Shown here: positions 39,141 to 49,211 of the stretch, piece by piece | Position numbering within the stretch: the first letter of the stretch is position 1 | Layout: each line of letters starts with the position of its first letter | IMG/VR virus record: IMGVR_UViG_3300014204_005796 | Span: 42,710-106,709 of that record | DNA length: 64,000 nucleotides | Source of the DNA: a virus | Taxonomy: Duplodnaviria; Caudoviricetes | Strand: one strand, 5' to 3' | Program-made: the position numbers and the translations under genes | The notes under the pieces: model-generated | What the model saw: the letters and a program-made list of their open reading frames with translations, nothing else | Database searches by the model: none | What the model was told of the DNA's origin: nothing

Positions 39141-39401
39141 CTAAATAGATTTGGAAAGAAACAATTCGTAAACTGTTTCTTTCATAAAGTACTTGTGTTT
39201 CATGTAGCACTTGCCGACCTGTCTTACGTACGCTTCCAAGTCAATCTTATTCTGTATCACAACCTGCTCACCTGCGCAGTCAAAGAACATTGCCGCCTGT
39301 ATCTCTGCGGGTGTAACGCGCTGCACAGGAAAGTCAAAGGCTACTGGTATGTCATGACTTGCCTTTTGTATTGCTGCAATCTGATACGGGGTAAGTCTCA
39401 T
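39141..39401 (-). CDS. Hypothetical protein
   Basis: GAGGTGA SD. Confidence 0.65.
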   Translation of the reverse strand: MRLTPYQIAAIQKASHDIPVAFDFPVQRVTPAEIQAAMFFDCAGEQVVIQNKIDLEAYVRQVGKCYMKHKYFMKETVYELFLSKSI

Positions 39402-39646
39402 GCCATCACCTCGGTTATACTGTCAAAATGAATCGTAACTGTATCTTTTCTGATGTCCTGTACTGTTGCCTTTGCCTGTGCGAGTAGCCAGAACTGGTAA
39501 CGCAGGCATGCTCTGTTACGCGCTATCTCTGACTGTACTTCTGAATTTTTGAAGCTCTGCTTTAAGGCTTGCTGTTCCTTGCTTTTCTTTGTGATGTACC
39601 TCTGAATCAAAAGCACTTTTCTCTGGGCGTGTTCCAAGCGTGTCAC
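39398..39646 (-). CDS. Hypothetical protein
   Basis: AAGGAGGTGA SD. Confidence 0.65.
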   Translation of the reverse strand: MTRLEHAQRKVLLIQRYITKKSKEQQALKQSFKNSEVQSEIARNRACLRYQFWLLAQAKATVQDIRKDTVTIHFDSITEVMA

Positions 39647-39786
39647 GTGTCCTCACCTCCTTTTAGTGTGAATAGATTTAGTAACCTGCTATGCAGTATA
39701 ACAGAATGACCGAGCCATACACGAACGCAAAAGCAAGTACTGATACAATGATGTACGCAATCGCCTTGCAAACTCTGTCCTTAAGA

Positions 39787-40062
39787 CTAGGCTTTACAAA
39801 CATAGGATACATATGCACCTCCTTCTTCATTGAATATAAGTAAGTCGTACTTGCCTGCGCCAAGTTCTGTGTTAAGTCTTTCCTTTATTGTGTCCACCTG
39901 CTCATACGTGCCTGACCAACCAAACCAACCGTTTGAATCCTTTTCACCTGTTCCAAACGCGTCCTCTATAATCCTGTAATAGTACTTACGGTTAAATGGT
40001 GCAGGGTCTGTCGTAACGATAGCAATCTTTCTTTTGCCGTTCAAAGGAACATTCTTTATCAT
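39787..40062 (-). CDS. Hypothetical protein
   Basis: GAGGTGA SD. Confidence 0.65.
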   Translation of the reverse strand: MIKNVPLNGKRKIAIVTTDPAPFNRKYYYRIIEDAFGTGEKDSNGWFGWSGTYEQVDTIKERLNTELGAGKYDLLIFNEEGGAYVSYVCKA

Positions 40063-40080
40063 CTCATCACCTCATTTGTT

Positions 40081-40131
40081 GCCCCGACTTCGGACGGGGC
40101 TTGTGGTTTACACGGGGCTATTAACCCCGTG
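40081..40131. other. Two tandem GC-rich hairpins
   Basis: GCCCCG-N8-CGGGGC and CACGGGG-N7-CCCCGTG. Confidence 0.55.
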
Positions 40132-40276
40132 CCGTCACCTCTTAAGCTGTCTTTACTTAACTGTGTAGGACTGCACGCCAGACTTCAGCGCTTCGTCACC
40201 ATAAAGCAATCACTCCTTTCTGCTTAATGCCTGTGCGTGGGTTCTTAGTTGCCCCGCCACAAAGAACAACATAGCC

Positions 40277-40804
40277 TTATTTGTTTGTGTAGACTACAGT
40301 CTGCCCGTTGTAAAGCGCCACGATGTTTGATGTCTTAATGTTCATAACGTCCGTTGCGTGTCCTTTCGGCCCGTACTCCGCATACCACACATCAACCTCT
40401 GCTTCCGTCATAGCCTTATGGTCTGCGTCTTCCGCGCCCATGAACACAGTAGACATAAAGTCTGTGTTCGCCATTTTATACACGCGCAGGTAATGCTCTT
40501 CCTTTGCTGTGTGTTTGAACAGTAACAAGTTACCTGATACAGGTACAGCGTAAGTCTTACCTGCCCTGTCCGAGTTCGGGTCTGCAGGTCCGTCCAGCTT
40601 GCCTGTCTGTACTAATGTCTGATAGTCAACTTTGGATAAGTTAACCACCATTTTACGCAGTACTGTTACGCTGGTCAGGTTTGCAGGTGTGGCAATGCCT
40701 GTCTGCCTGCTCTTCTTTAACGCTTCCTTCGTGCTCGTGTATATGACCGTATACACGCCCGCCTTCGGTAACCCTCCAATGACCTGTTCCACTGTCTCTT
40801 TCAC
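40277..40804 (-). CDS. Hypothetical protein, first gene of the putative early block
   Basis: AGGAGGTG SD before GTG 40804. Confidence 0.7.
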   Translation of the reverse strand: MKETVEQVIGGLPKAGVYTVIYTSTKEALKKSRQTGIATPANLTSVTVLRKMVVNLSKVDYQTLVQTGKLDGPADPNSDRAGKTYAVPVSGNLLLFKHTAKEEHYLRVYKMANTDFMSTVFMGAEDADHKAMTEAEVDVWYAEYGPKGHATDVMNIKTSNIVALYNGQTVVYTNK

Positions 40805-40854
40805 GGTACACCTCCTAATAGTTTGTGGCACGGCTATTGCTTATAGCAGGTCGA

Positions 40855-40868
40855 CCACCACGTGGTGG
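40855..40868. promoter_or_regulatory. Perfect 14-bp palindrome (operator-like)
   Basis: CCACCACGTGGTGG. Confidence 0.4.
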
Positions 40869-41139
40869 CACGTTCCTTGCTTACCGCTTCAGCCGTCGCC
40901 TCGTTCAATCCTCACACTTATCATAGTTTTGATTCGTTGAGGTCATGCGCTGAACAACAAGCCGGGAAGGGGCCCCACTATGTACACACCTGTATTTTTA
41001 AGAACAAATTTTAAGAATTTCGGCCGCCTGTATTTATGAATGTGGTTCCAAAAATTTCCTGGAAAAAATTTTTTTAAGAAATCCTGGCGGATTCACCATA
41101 GAGACGCCAATTATGCCATGCCATACTTCCCACAGAATA

Positions 41140-41167
41140 AGTATACCCCGCTGGCTAAGAATGTCAA
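41140..41167 (-). promoter_or_regulatory. Sigma70-type promoter
   Basis: TTGACA-N16-TATACT. Confidence 0.65.
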
Positions 41168-41481
41168 GACCTATTTTTATGTGGGTTATAAATTTTGAGG
41201 TTGTCTCGGACTATGAAACCAAAAGAAAGGACCCGGTGAACATAAACGGCATAATTCGCAATCATACTTAACGACTAGATTGTTACCGTACGGGCATACT
41301 TATCCCGGGGTTGGGGCGGGACCGTGATCCGTAGGAACGTGATCCGCCAGGTCGTGAAGCGAATAGGCTCCTTAATCGCTTCACGCCGGAGGTCGCTTCA
41401 TGTAGCGGTCGGATATGAGCGCGTAGCGGAGCAGACACCCGGGTAGGGCTCCGCCCGCGAGTGCGCGTTTTAGGGCGTGTT

Positions 41482-41955
41482 TTAAGGGGTGGTACGGGTA
41501 AAGAGCTTAAGTTGGGTTCCGGACTCTTCTACGGGCCGGGGAAGCGGCTTTTTAGGGGGTTGTAGCGCATATTTAGCACTGACGTAGCCATAAATACCGG
41601 CTACTATGGGTGTTATGTTCGACCCCACGTCATATACAGGCACGGTGATGATGTCTGGCAGCGGCCATAAAGAATGCTCGATACCCGGGCATTTCTCCCG
41701 CATAGCGTCGTAGAGCCTATAAATTTCCCTGGTAAGATCCTCTTCGGACGTAAATTCCAGCAAGGGAACCATAATCCTGGGGCTATCATCACCTGAGTAG
41801 TGCTCTACCTCTATCACCTTATGTGCGTTCATCTGATGCGCGTTCATCTGAAATATATCTATGGGACCCTCGCCCATATATAAGTCATAAACAGGCACGG
41901 ACCCGGGAGACATGAGATCTATCCGGCACCACGTGGGCAGCGTCATAGCGCGCAT
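41482..41955 (-). CDS. Hypothetical protein
   Basis: ORF coupled to the upstream gene. Confidence 0.65.
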   Translation of the reverse strand: MRAMTLPTWCRIDLMSPGSVPVYDLYMGEGPIDIFQMNAHQMNAHKVIEVEHYSGDDSPRIMVPLLEFTSEEDLTREIYRLYDAMREKCPGIEHSLWPLPDIITVPVYDVGSNITPIVAGIYGYVSAKYALQPPKKPLPRPVEESGTQLKLFTRTTP

Positions 41956-42515
41956 TACCAGGTCACCGTGGTTGGCGGCCAGGTAGGAGCGCCAGGTTCC
42001 GGGTATTCCAGGGGAGCACTCATGGCCTGGCGCTGTCTCTCCGATTTTTCCATCCGACGCTGCTCGTCACGCTCGTGTTGTTCCAGTTCCAGCTTTCTCA
42101 CATGCTTGGCCAAGTCTTCCCCGTAAATCTCATTGCTAAAGTACAGCGTAGGAAAAACTGTCACGCTGATCTCCACTTTGGTTACCAGGGGCCGGGCTAT
42201 GACCTGGGCTACTGCTTTTAACAGGCCCGGAGACTCCGGATCTTTCTTCCTTAAGTTAAAACGCTGCGGGTGGTCTACCAACGTCTCCACTGTTACAGTT
42301 ATATCGTCTTCTGTAGTTAAGACGTTCTCCATCCAAAATAATAAAGTAGACATAGCCGTGCCGGGCAGAAACTCCTTGCTTAAATGTACTACGACCTGCC
42401 CCTCGCGCCAGTCCATATTGCAGTCCGCAGACCAGGGCTTTACCTCCGCAAGAAACGCCTTAACCTTCTCTGCAGGTGTCCGCGGTACCTTTTTCTTTTT
42501 ATTAAATAGTCCCAT
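41955..42515 (-). CDS. Hypothetical protein, SxxxFxxE-motif family
   Basis: TAMSTLLFWMEN; also HPQRFNLRKK. Confidence 0.75.
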   Translation of the reverse strand: MGLFNKKKKVPRTPAEKVKAFLAEVKPWSADCNMDWREGQVVVHLSKEFLPGTAMSTLLFWMENVLTTEDDITVTVETLVDHPQRFNLRKKDPESPGLLKAVAQVIARPLVTKVEISVTVFPTLYFSNEIYGEDLAKHVRKLELEQHERDEQRRMEKSERQRQAMSAPLEYPEPGAPTWPPTTVTW

Positions 42516-42526
42516 AACAGCACCTC

Positions 42527-43045
42527 CTACTTTTTGTGCTTGTGCTTTGAAAAAGGATCTATGTCTTTGTCACTTGGCGCGGGCACAGGGGCATTGATTA
42601 GATCTTCCACTTTCTTCTCCATAGCGTCCTGATATTTGCGGCCATGACGTAAAACAGAAATCATATCCGTCGCGTTTGCCAGGTCCAGGTAGTCCATATC
42701 CTCATCATAGAACTTAAAGTATACACGGCTGTGCCAGGAGTCTATGTCCACCACCAGGTAACGTATTGCCTTTCCTGTGGCCCTGTGCATAAATTGTTTC
42801 CCGGCGGTGTCCACCTTTAAAACTATAGCGGCCTCGTCTGATTGAAATTGCTTGCTTGTATCCTCCAGGTCGGTCGTGGTCAAAGTTATATCCTGCTTTT
42901 GAAACTCCGCCACAACCGCCTTAACGTCCGTCATCGGGTCCATTGAGCGTACTGCCATATAGCCAAAGAACGTTACTACCACAAGTGCCAAACCCAGCAT
43001 AATAAATCCGGCTGGTACCTTAACGTCTTCTTCATTAATTTTCAC
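42527..43045 (-). CDS. Membrane-anchored protein
   Basis: N-terminal TM segment. Confidence 0.65.
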   Translation of the reverse strand: MKINEEDVKVPAGFIMLGLALVVVTFFGYMAVRSMDPMTDVKAVVAEFQKQDITLTTTDLEDTSKQFQSDEAAIVLKVDTAGKQFMHRATGKAIRYLVVDIDSWHSRVYFKFYDEDMDYLDLANATDMISVLRHGRKYQDAMEKKVEDLINAPVPAPSDKDIDPFSKHKHKK

Positions 43046-43416
43046 GTCATGCCTCCTAAGAAATCATCATGTAATAATAAAGGTTCGGAAAATACACCGG
43101 TACTACATACGCGAACAAAACAGAAAGTAGAACAATTGCCAATATGTATACCCAGAACGGAACCTCATCTGTTGCTTTTACGTTTTTCATTTATCCACCT
43201 CTCCTGTAGTTTTATACGTCTTTTACCATGGACACTATTGTCCACGGGAGCGCAATAAGTGCACATGAAACGGCCAGACCTAAAAGTACATTAATATTAG
43301 AACACACACAGACTAGATAAAACATTAAAAGTACATATGCAAACGCACAAACTAACACAATGGTTGATGCCAAAAATCTGCCAATAAATTTTACCACGAC
43401 ATTTTCACGCACGTCC

Positions 43417-43815
43417 TCACCACCTTTGGGCTTTTAGCCAGGATAAAAACTGAGTAAGCGTCGTAGCCTTCTTCATGAAATCCTCTTCCCGGTAGAGAGG
43501 ATCTTCTCTTTTACAAAATTCTTTCCATTCCTTATCAGAGTCCTTTATATTTAACTGCTGTCCTATAAAATTCGGCAGTCTCCAGCGGCATTCCCTGAGC
43601 AGCACACGCTCGTACGCTATCATACGCTCAAGCGTGTTTATCACCGGCCGGGGTTTAGGTCCTAAAAGTTGAAGGTCGTCCGGGTCCACGTTTGACATAA
43701 TATTATACTTTAGCAATTCAGTTTCCGTAAGCAGGCCGTCCGTCGGCTGCCTCAGCGACTCTATGTAAACGTCTATGTCATCGTTTCGTACCCGGCTCTT
43801 TTTGAACACTCTCAT
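43417..43815 (-). CDS. Hypothetical protein
   Basis: ORF in operon. Confidence 0.6.
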   Translation of the reverse strand: MRVFKKSRVRNDDIDVYIESLRQPTDGLLTETELLKYNIMSNVDPDDLQLLGPKPRPVINTLERMIAYERVLLRECRWRLPNFIGQQLNIKDSDKEWKEFCKREDPLYREEDFMKKATTLTQFLSWLKAQRW

Positions 43816-43967
43816 TGTCTACCCCCGCGTGCCTATACGGCCAGGATCAGAATCCTGCGGTGTATACGTGTGAATACAGTCCTGACATTTACTTACACAC
43901 TTGTAAACTGTTTTGGTTTTCGATTTCTTATGCTTTAACTTTCTCTTTTTTGTTTTCATGTTGCCTC

Positions 43968-44390
43968 CTATCGGTCTGGAATATGGTCTCCGGCCCTAAG
44001 ACCAAACAAGGGTAAAACAAGCCTGCGTGATGAATATACATCCGTTCCCATGGCTCCATACGTGGGTGCACGCTCCAGTATGACTATTGTAACACCGCGT
44101 GTAAGAGTGTCCGGGGTGCTTGATGGAATACAGCTGACCTGTACGCGTAAGTCTAAAGAATTTCGTCTAATCCACTCGCCGCAAACTGTCTCCACTTCCC
44201 GTTCATTCTGTGGACCTACGTATTTAAGATTTTTAAACAACATGTCCAGGTATGCTTCCAGGATCTTTCTGCGCTTTTTCTTCTGTGCAGGGTCACGCTT
44301 TGGCACCGCCTGCGGATTGTTAGAAAAGTTCTGCGCAAACGTATACATAGGAGTTCCACCGCCGGGTGCCACATAGCCATGACTAATCAT
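43968..44390 (-). CDS. Hypothetical protein with PQxIPK-type motif
   Basis: NPQAVPKR. Confidence 0.65.
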   Translation of the reverse strand: MISHGYVAPGGGTPMYTFAQNFSNNPQAVPKRDPAQKKKRRKILEAYLDMLFKNLKYVGPQNEREVETVCGEWIRRNSLDLRVQVSCIPSSTPDTLTRGVTIVILERAPTYGAMGTDVYSSRRLVLPLFGLRAGDHIPDR

Positions 44391-44692
44391 GGGAGTTCAA
44401 CCTCCATGCGCACATACTGTACTCCAAATTTGCTCTGCGCCACAACTACCAGTGTATTGGAGCCAACCTGGTTTACCTCAATATTTCTAAGAGCCCCATC
44501 TTTATGTGCTTCTGCTAAAACTAACTGCTTGGCCTGCGTCATAACTTGCGGCGTAACCTTTTTACCTATTATAGAAGTAAGCGACTGCGCCAACTGCGCT
44601 TTCATCAACTTCATTTCTTTCTCGGAGTACACGTCCGCCTTAGTCCAAGCAGTACCGTCTTTATGCATAATCTGAGGATTAACATTTATCAT
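44387..44692 (-). CDS. Hypothetical protein
   Basis: Coupled ORF. Confidence 0.65.
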   Translation of the reverse strand: MINVNPQIMHKDGTAWTKADVYSEKEMKLMKAQLAQSLTSIIGKKVTPQVMTQAKQLVLAEAHKDGALRNIEVNQVGSNTLVVVAQSKFGVQYVRMEVELP

Positions 44693-45024
44693 TTTGTTTT
44701 CTCCGAGCGTCGGGCATACAACATGTCTTTGTGGTACTTACCATATTGTATACGTATATGTATACTGTTCTTAGGAAGGTTCACCTGTTCAACCATATAG
44801 CTGCACACCGGGTTTAGCTCAAGAGACGCCTTGCATTTGTCTATTAAACTACTTACGGACCCAGCCGTTAGCAGAGTTGGCAGCGTGTCTGCATAGCGTA
44901 CCATCATAGTCTGTATTTGGTCTGCACATAGCTGTAGAACCCATGAGGCCCGTTGAAAGTCTATGCCGCTTTTGGGTATTCGCTGTGGATTAGCACTAGC
45001 TTGCATTAAATCTTTTAGTGTCAT
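44689..45024 (-). CDS. Hypothetical protein with PQxIPK motif
   Basis: NPQRIPKS; AAGGAGA SD before ATG 45024. Confidence 0.65.
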   Translation of the reverse strand: MTLKDLMQASANPQRIPKSGIDFQRASWVLQLCADQIQTMMVRYADTLPTLLTAGSVSSLIDKCKASLELNPVCSYMVEQVNLPKNSIHIRIQYGKYHKDMLYARRSEKTK

Positions 45025-45760
45025 GCTTTCTCCTTTTAGTGCATTTAAGCAAGCCAAGGTCCTCCACAATATCTTCCTCAGACAGCTGAAAATTCTTTGT
45101 GCCTATAATTTTCCACTGCTCCAAGCCGATAGGATATCTAACCTTAACATGCTTACCGCTAGGAGAAAGCTCTATTACAAAAAGCTCCACGGCGGCGTCT
45201 GTGATATATGGTGCACAATAAATGATTCTGTGCCCTACAAGGTCTGCGAATTTCATTCGTTTATCCATGCTTTCTCTCCTTCTTTGCTGCCTGCGCGTCG
45301 GCCCAGGTGCAGTCCTGCTTTTTCTTTTCTGCAGCCATTTCGTTCTCTAAGGCTGTTATACACATTTCTTCCAGAGTTTTTTCATTCTCTATGCACAGAC
45401 CCAGCAGCAAAAAATATATGCGCCTGGGCAGCGTCACAGTCAGGTAGCTATATTTTTTTGCTTTTCCTGTCTTCTTTTTTGTACTCATCTTCCAGTACCT
45501 CCTTCGTCAGTTCTATTACTTCAGCGCAGTTTTTCATAAGCTCCTTAATCGTCTTACCGTCGGTTCCACCCCCACAGATATTGAAAAAGGCCACGTAGGT
45601 GTCTCCTTCTTTCTTAACTGTTATCTTAATTGGAGACATTACATAGCGGTCCCGCTTGCCGCCGTCAGGAAGCCTGCTGCACAACTGTGTTCCGGGTGCA
45701 TTGCACAGCTGGCTCCCTTCATAGCGTCTGTAGTGCCGGCAGTCTACCGGACACTCTGGC

Positions 45761-46219
45761 TTAAAACTTGATTTCTTTTGTTTCATATTCAGGCTGCGCT
45801 TCTGCCGGGATCACTATGGTAAGCAGGCCGTCAGCGTAGGTAACTTTAAGATCCGCTGTATGGTATCTCCCGACATTCCAGGACTGCCTGAAATCTGTAG
45901 GTTGTTCCATACTTCCCGCGATAGCTCCAAGAGAAATGACCACAACTGTCAGGAACGGACCCGCGACCGTGACTTTAACGCGTTCTTTCGGTATGCCGGG
46001 GAATGCCGCTTTGATCGTGATACCTTCTTTTGTGGCAACCTCATCAATTGAGTACTTGAACTTCTTTGACACCTCACCGAAAACCGCTTCAACTTTTTTC
46101 ACGTTAGTTTCCAGTGTACCGTCCAGCGCCCTGGCTGCCTTGTCCATCGCGTCACTAGCCACGTCCATAGCCTTGCTCATCGAATCCTTTGCATCATCAA
46201 ACAGTTTTTTTAACTCCAT
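45761..46219 (-). CDS. Small heat-shock protein (Hsp20/alpha-crystallin family)
   Basis: AAFPGIPKERVKVTV...F.QSW...VTYADGLLTIVIP. Confidence 0.8.
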   Translation of the reverse strand: MELKKLFDDAKDSMSKAMDVASDAMDKAARALDGTLETNVKKVEAVFGEVSKKFKYSIDEVATKEGITIKAAFPGIPKERVKVTVAGPFLTVVVISLGAIAGSMEQPTDFRQSWNVGRYHTADLKVTYADGLLTIVIPAEAQPEYETKEIKF

Positions 46220-46574
46220 GTTTCTTTTCCTCCTTAGGTTTTTTACTGAAGTACAGCGCCACAAGCGCTTCTTCCAGCTTAGAATCTTCTGTGTAATATC
46301 CGAAATCCTTCGCGGCGTTCATAAGCATCTGCCCGAGCCGGATATCCGGATACTTCTTCCAAATCTTGTGAATCAACTTCACCATCCTGGATATTCTCTT
46401 CGTGTCTCTTGCCATGCCACACCTCCTAGTTAATTGACTCCCACACCACCACAAATACACATAGTACTATAGTAAGGGTGATGACCACAGGAGCCCATAT
46501 TTTTATTAAGAATATCCAGAGCAAAAAGATGGAGAGCACTGCTATTGTAACGCCCAGAGTTTTTAAAAATTTTA

Positions 46575-47018
46575 TCATTCGTTCCACCCCACGATTACAG
46601 ACTTAGATAGCGGTCGGTGTCCTACCTTAAGCGCCGCCAGGCGCCCTACCGTATCAGGGCCGTCCTGGTCCCGGCTAACACCCATTAACTGCTTGTTTAC
46701 AAACGCGGACGCCTTTACGGTGTAGAACGCCGAATGGTGCGTCGTGGTACATCCCTTGGACGTACAATTCGTATGCGTATGTGCCGGAGTAAACTCTGAA
46801 GCATAAACTTCTCCAGTAATGGCCTTCCAATCCTTAATTGCAGTGTTATCATAGATAAGCAATGCAATTGAAATACTGCCTGCAACACAAATGAGTACTG
46901 CTGCAGCCATCTTGACAAAATATTCGTCTATATCAATAGACATTAGGCTGTCCCAGGTCTCCCCGGCAAGGCTCTTTATCTTTGTACCGGCCTTAGCAGC
47001 CATCTGCCAAATTGTCAT
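46575..47018 (-). CDS. Membrane-anchored protein
   Basis: TM segment followed by a beta-rich region. Confidence 0.6.
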   Translation of the reverse strand: MTIWQMAAKAGTKIKSLAGETWDSLMSIDIDEYFVKMAAAVLICVAGSISIALLIYDNTAIKDWKAITGEVYASEFTPAHTHTNCTSKGCTTTHHSAFYTVKASAFVNKQLMGVSRDQDGPDTVGRLAALKVGHRPLSKSVIVGWNE

Positions 47019-47317
47019 GTTTCCTCCTTTCGGCGGCAGCTCTTAACTTCAAAATTTTGCGCTGCCGATATGTGCTATCATATGCAACCTTATCCAGCTT
47101 TATTGGCGTAACGTCCCGGTACACTCCGAACATCCTCCAGAAAAAAGGCCTTGGTAACGCTGGTGTGAATGTCGGGCATGTATTAAGAATATTTATTTGG
47201 TCACACTCCGCGTCGTGTTCTTCCTTGCGTATAGGCGTGTCTTCTATAATGACATAACGTGCACATACGTTGTGCTCACCCCAGTCGCTATCGTGATATC
47301 GAAAAAACTCGCACTTG

Positions 47318-48082
47318 TTACAGTATACTTTCTTTTTCTTGTGCATTCTGAATCTCCTTTACCATATGCTTCCTTGACATATAGGTGCCTGATATAGCAC
47401 TGGTTGTAGTATTATAGATCTGGGCAATGGTTTTCCATGGCAACTTGGCAGCAGTTCTTAAGTAGTGTATTTTTACCAATTCTTCATCGGGCAGCTTTTT
47501 CATTGTGTAAATTCCACGCTCATTTAAGCATGCCACTACAGTATTACGTTTAAGTCCTGTTGATCTGGCCAATTCGCACGTGTTCGTAACTCCGCTCTTG
47601 TAGAGACGCTCGATTGTATCTGTATGCATGCGACCGCGTACAGAAGAAGACTTTTCCATACGCTTATCATTAAAGGTTTGCCACGCGACGGTAAATAACG
47701 CCACGCTTACATTAAATATTTTGTGCATTTGTCGCAGTGAAACCAGCGGGTGTGCTTTTTTGTAGGCGGCCATGCGCCTATATAGGTCGCGTGTATCTAT
47801 GAATTTCTTAGACATGTGCGCTGCCGAAAGCGCATGTAAACCACGTGACCCAAATTTTTTTAGAACTTCCACGTACGTATAAGGTTTGCGGGCAATCTTT
47901 TTTACTATAGATGTCACTGTCTTATGCGACAATTTTATGTGTGGTTTGGCAAAGTAATCCCTGACAAACTCCCTTGAAATACCATAGCGAGTTTGAATGT
48001 TCCTGGCACTTTCAAAGCAGCTTAGGTACTTTACAAGGCGGTTAAGGATTAGTTCAGTCTTAGGTTTGAACTTTGGTATCAT
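47318..48082 (-). CDS. Multi-HTH DNA-binding protein
   Basis: Repeated HTH-like segments (SLRQMHKIFNVS, TCELARSTGLKRNTV, WKTIAQIYNTTTSAI). Confidence 0.6.
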   Translation of the reverse strand: MIPKFKPKTELILNRLVKYLSCFESARNIQTRYGISREFVRDYFAKPHIKLSHKTVTSIVKKIARKPYTYVEVLKKFGSRGLHALSAAHMSKKFIDTRDLYRRMAAYKKAHPLVSLRQMHKIFNVSVALFTVAWQTFNDKRMEKSSSVRGRMHTDTIERLYKSGVTNTCELARSTGLKRNTVVACLNERGIYTMKKLPDEELVKIHYLRTAAKLPWKTIAQIYNTTTSAISGTYMSRKHMVKEIQNAQEKESIL

Positions 48083-48247
48083 TTATAACTGCCCCACAGT
48101 CTGAGGTAATACCTCTTTGTCTTTTCTCGGTAGCGTATCCAGTTCGGATTGATTTTGTGTTTCTTGCAGTACTGATCCAACTCAGCCCGCACTTTCGTCC
48201 AAACGTATACACATCCGTTAAAACTCTTACGCTTCTCAACCATTATA

Positions 48248-48712
48248 TCAGAAAGACCCAGTACTGTCAAGAGGAATTTTGCGCTGTTTATTGAACGCAG
48301 TAGTTAGCAGCTCATATATAGGGCCTTGCGGCCAGCGTCCATAGGCAAAGCGCACCCCTCCGTCGTTACCAAGAGGATCTGGGCCACAAAGGCGAGCTGG
48401 CCCTTCAGGATTCGTAATCGTTATGTGGTCCGAGTGAGCCTCTACGGTGTAGCCCGGCATTATCTCCCAGCTGAACAAATTTCCACCATTTGCCTTTACT
48501 ATAGTGTACAGATTTTCCATTTCAAAATACACAGTAGACATAGACGTATTAGGGTCCAGCAGCTTGTCTGCTTTTAGTCGAACCACCCGAAGATCTGTGA
48601 ATTCCCAATAGGTTAAATTTAAATGCTCAGATACTACTTTGAAAACAAAGTTCTCCCATGCAACTGAGGTTTCCCTTAAACCACGAATACCCATGCTAAA
48701 TCTGAATACCAT
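48248..48712 (-). CDS. Hypothetical protein, SxxxFxxE-motif family
   Basis: TSMSTVYFEMEN. Confidence 0.7.
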   Translation of the reverse strand: MVFRFSMGIRGLRETSVAWENFVFKVVSEHLNLTYWEFTDLRVVRLKADKLLDPNTSMSTVYFEMENLYTIVKANGGNLFSWEIMPGYTVEAHSDHITITNPEGPARLCGPDPLGNDGGVRFAYGRWPQGPIYELLTTAFNKQRKIPLDSTGSF

Positions 48713-48755
48713 TTACCTGAGGCTCTATCTTGTATGAAGGTTTAACGATTTTCAT
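48696..48755 (-). pseudogene. 19-aa stub resembling a ThyX N-terminus
   Basis: MKIVKPSYKIEPQVNGIQI; ATGA-coupled after the nucleotide-metabolism genes. Confidence 0.3.
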
Positions 48756-49210
48756 ACAGCCACCTCCTTAATTTTAGTGACTAAGTCTTTAAGCGAATAC
48801 ACCACAGGTATTTTATCATTCGCGAGGAGTACCTGGGTTTCAACGTCTTTCCTTCTCTTATACTCCGGATGTATGCCCACAATAATTTTCTTCTCCGGAC
48901 GAGACAGGCCCCACATGCCAAGCTCGAATAGTACGATCGGGCATAGCGTTTCCGGCGCAAACCAGAACGATATGATGTTTGAATCCCTGAGTCTTTCAAA
49001 CTCCCAGGTAATCTGTTTCACAGCTTCAGCGGGCTCATGCATTGGAAAGCTGACCCTACGTGGGTTATATATGTCCAAATCCGGAACGTCCGCCAATGCT
49101 TTAATAACGTCAGTCTGCCAAATAAAACATCCCGATATACCACCGGCTAAGAACAACTTATTCTTAGCTTCTGTCTTTACCGTATCCGGACACTGAATAT
49201 GCTTGGCCAT
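48752..49210 (-). CDS. Nucleoside 2-deoxyribosyltransferase-like protein
   Basis: LFLAGGI..WQ, NPRR, QITWE, FWF...CPIVLFELG. Confidence 0.85.
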   Translation of the reverse strand: MAKHIQCPDTVKTEAKNKLFLAGGISGCFIWQTDVIKALADVPDLDIYNPRRVSFPMHEPAEAVKQITWEFERLRDSNIISFWFAPETLCPIVLFELGMWGLSRPEKKIIVGIHPEYKRRKDVETQVLLANDKIPVVYSLKDLVTKIKEVAV

Positions 49211-49211
49211 G

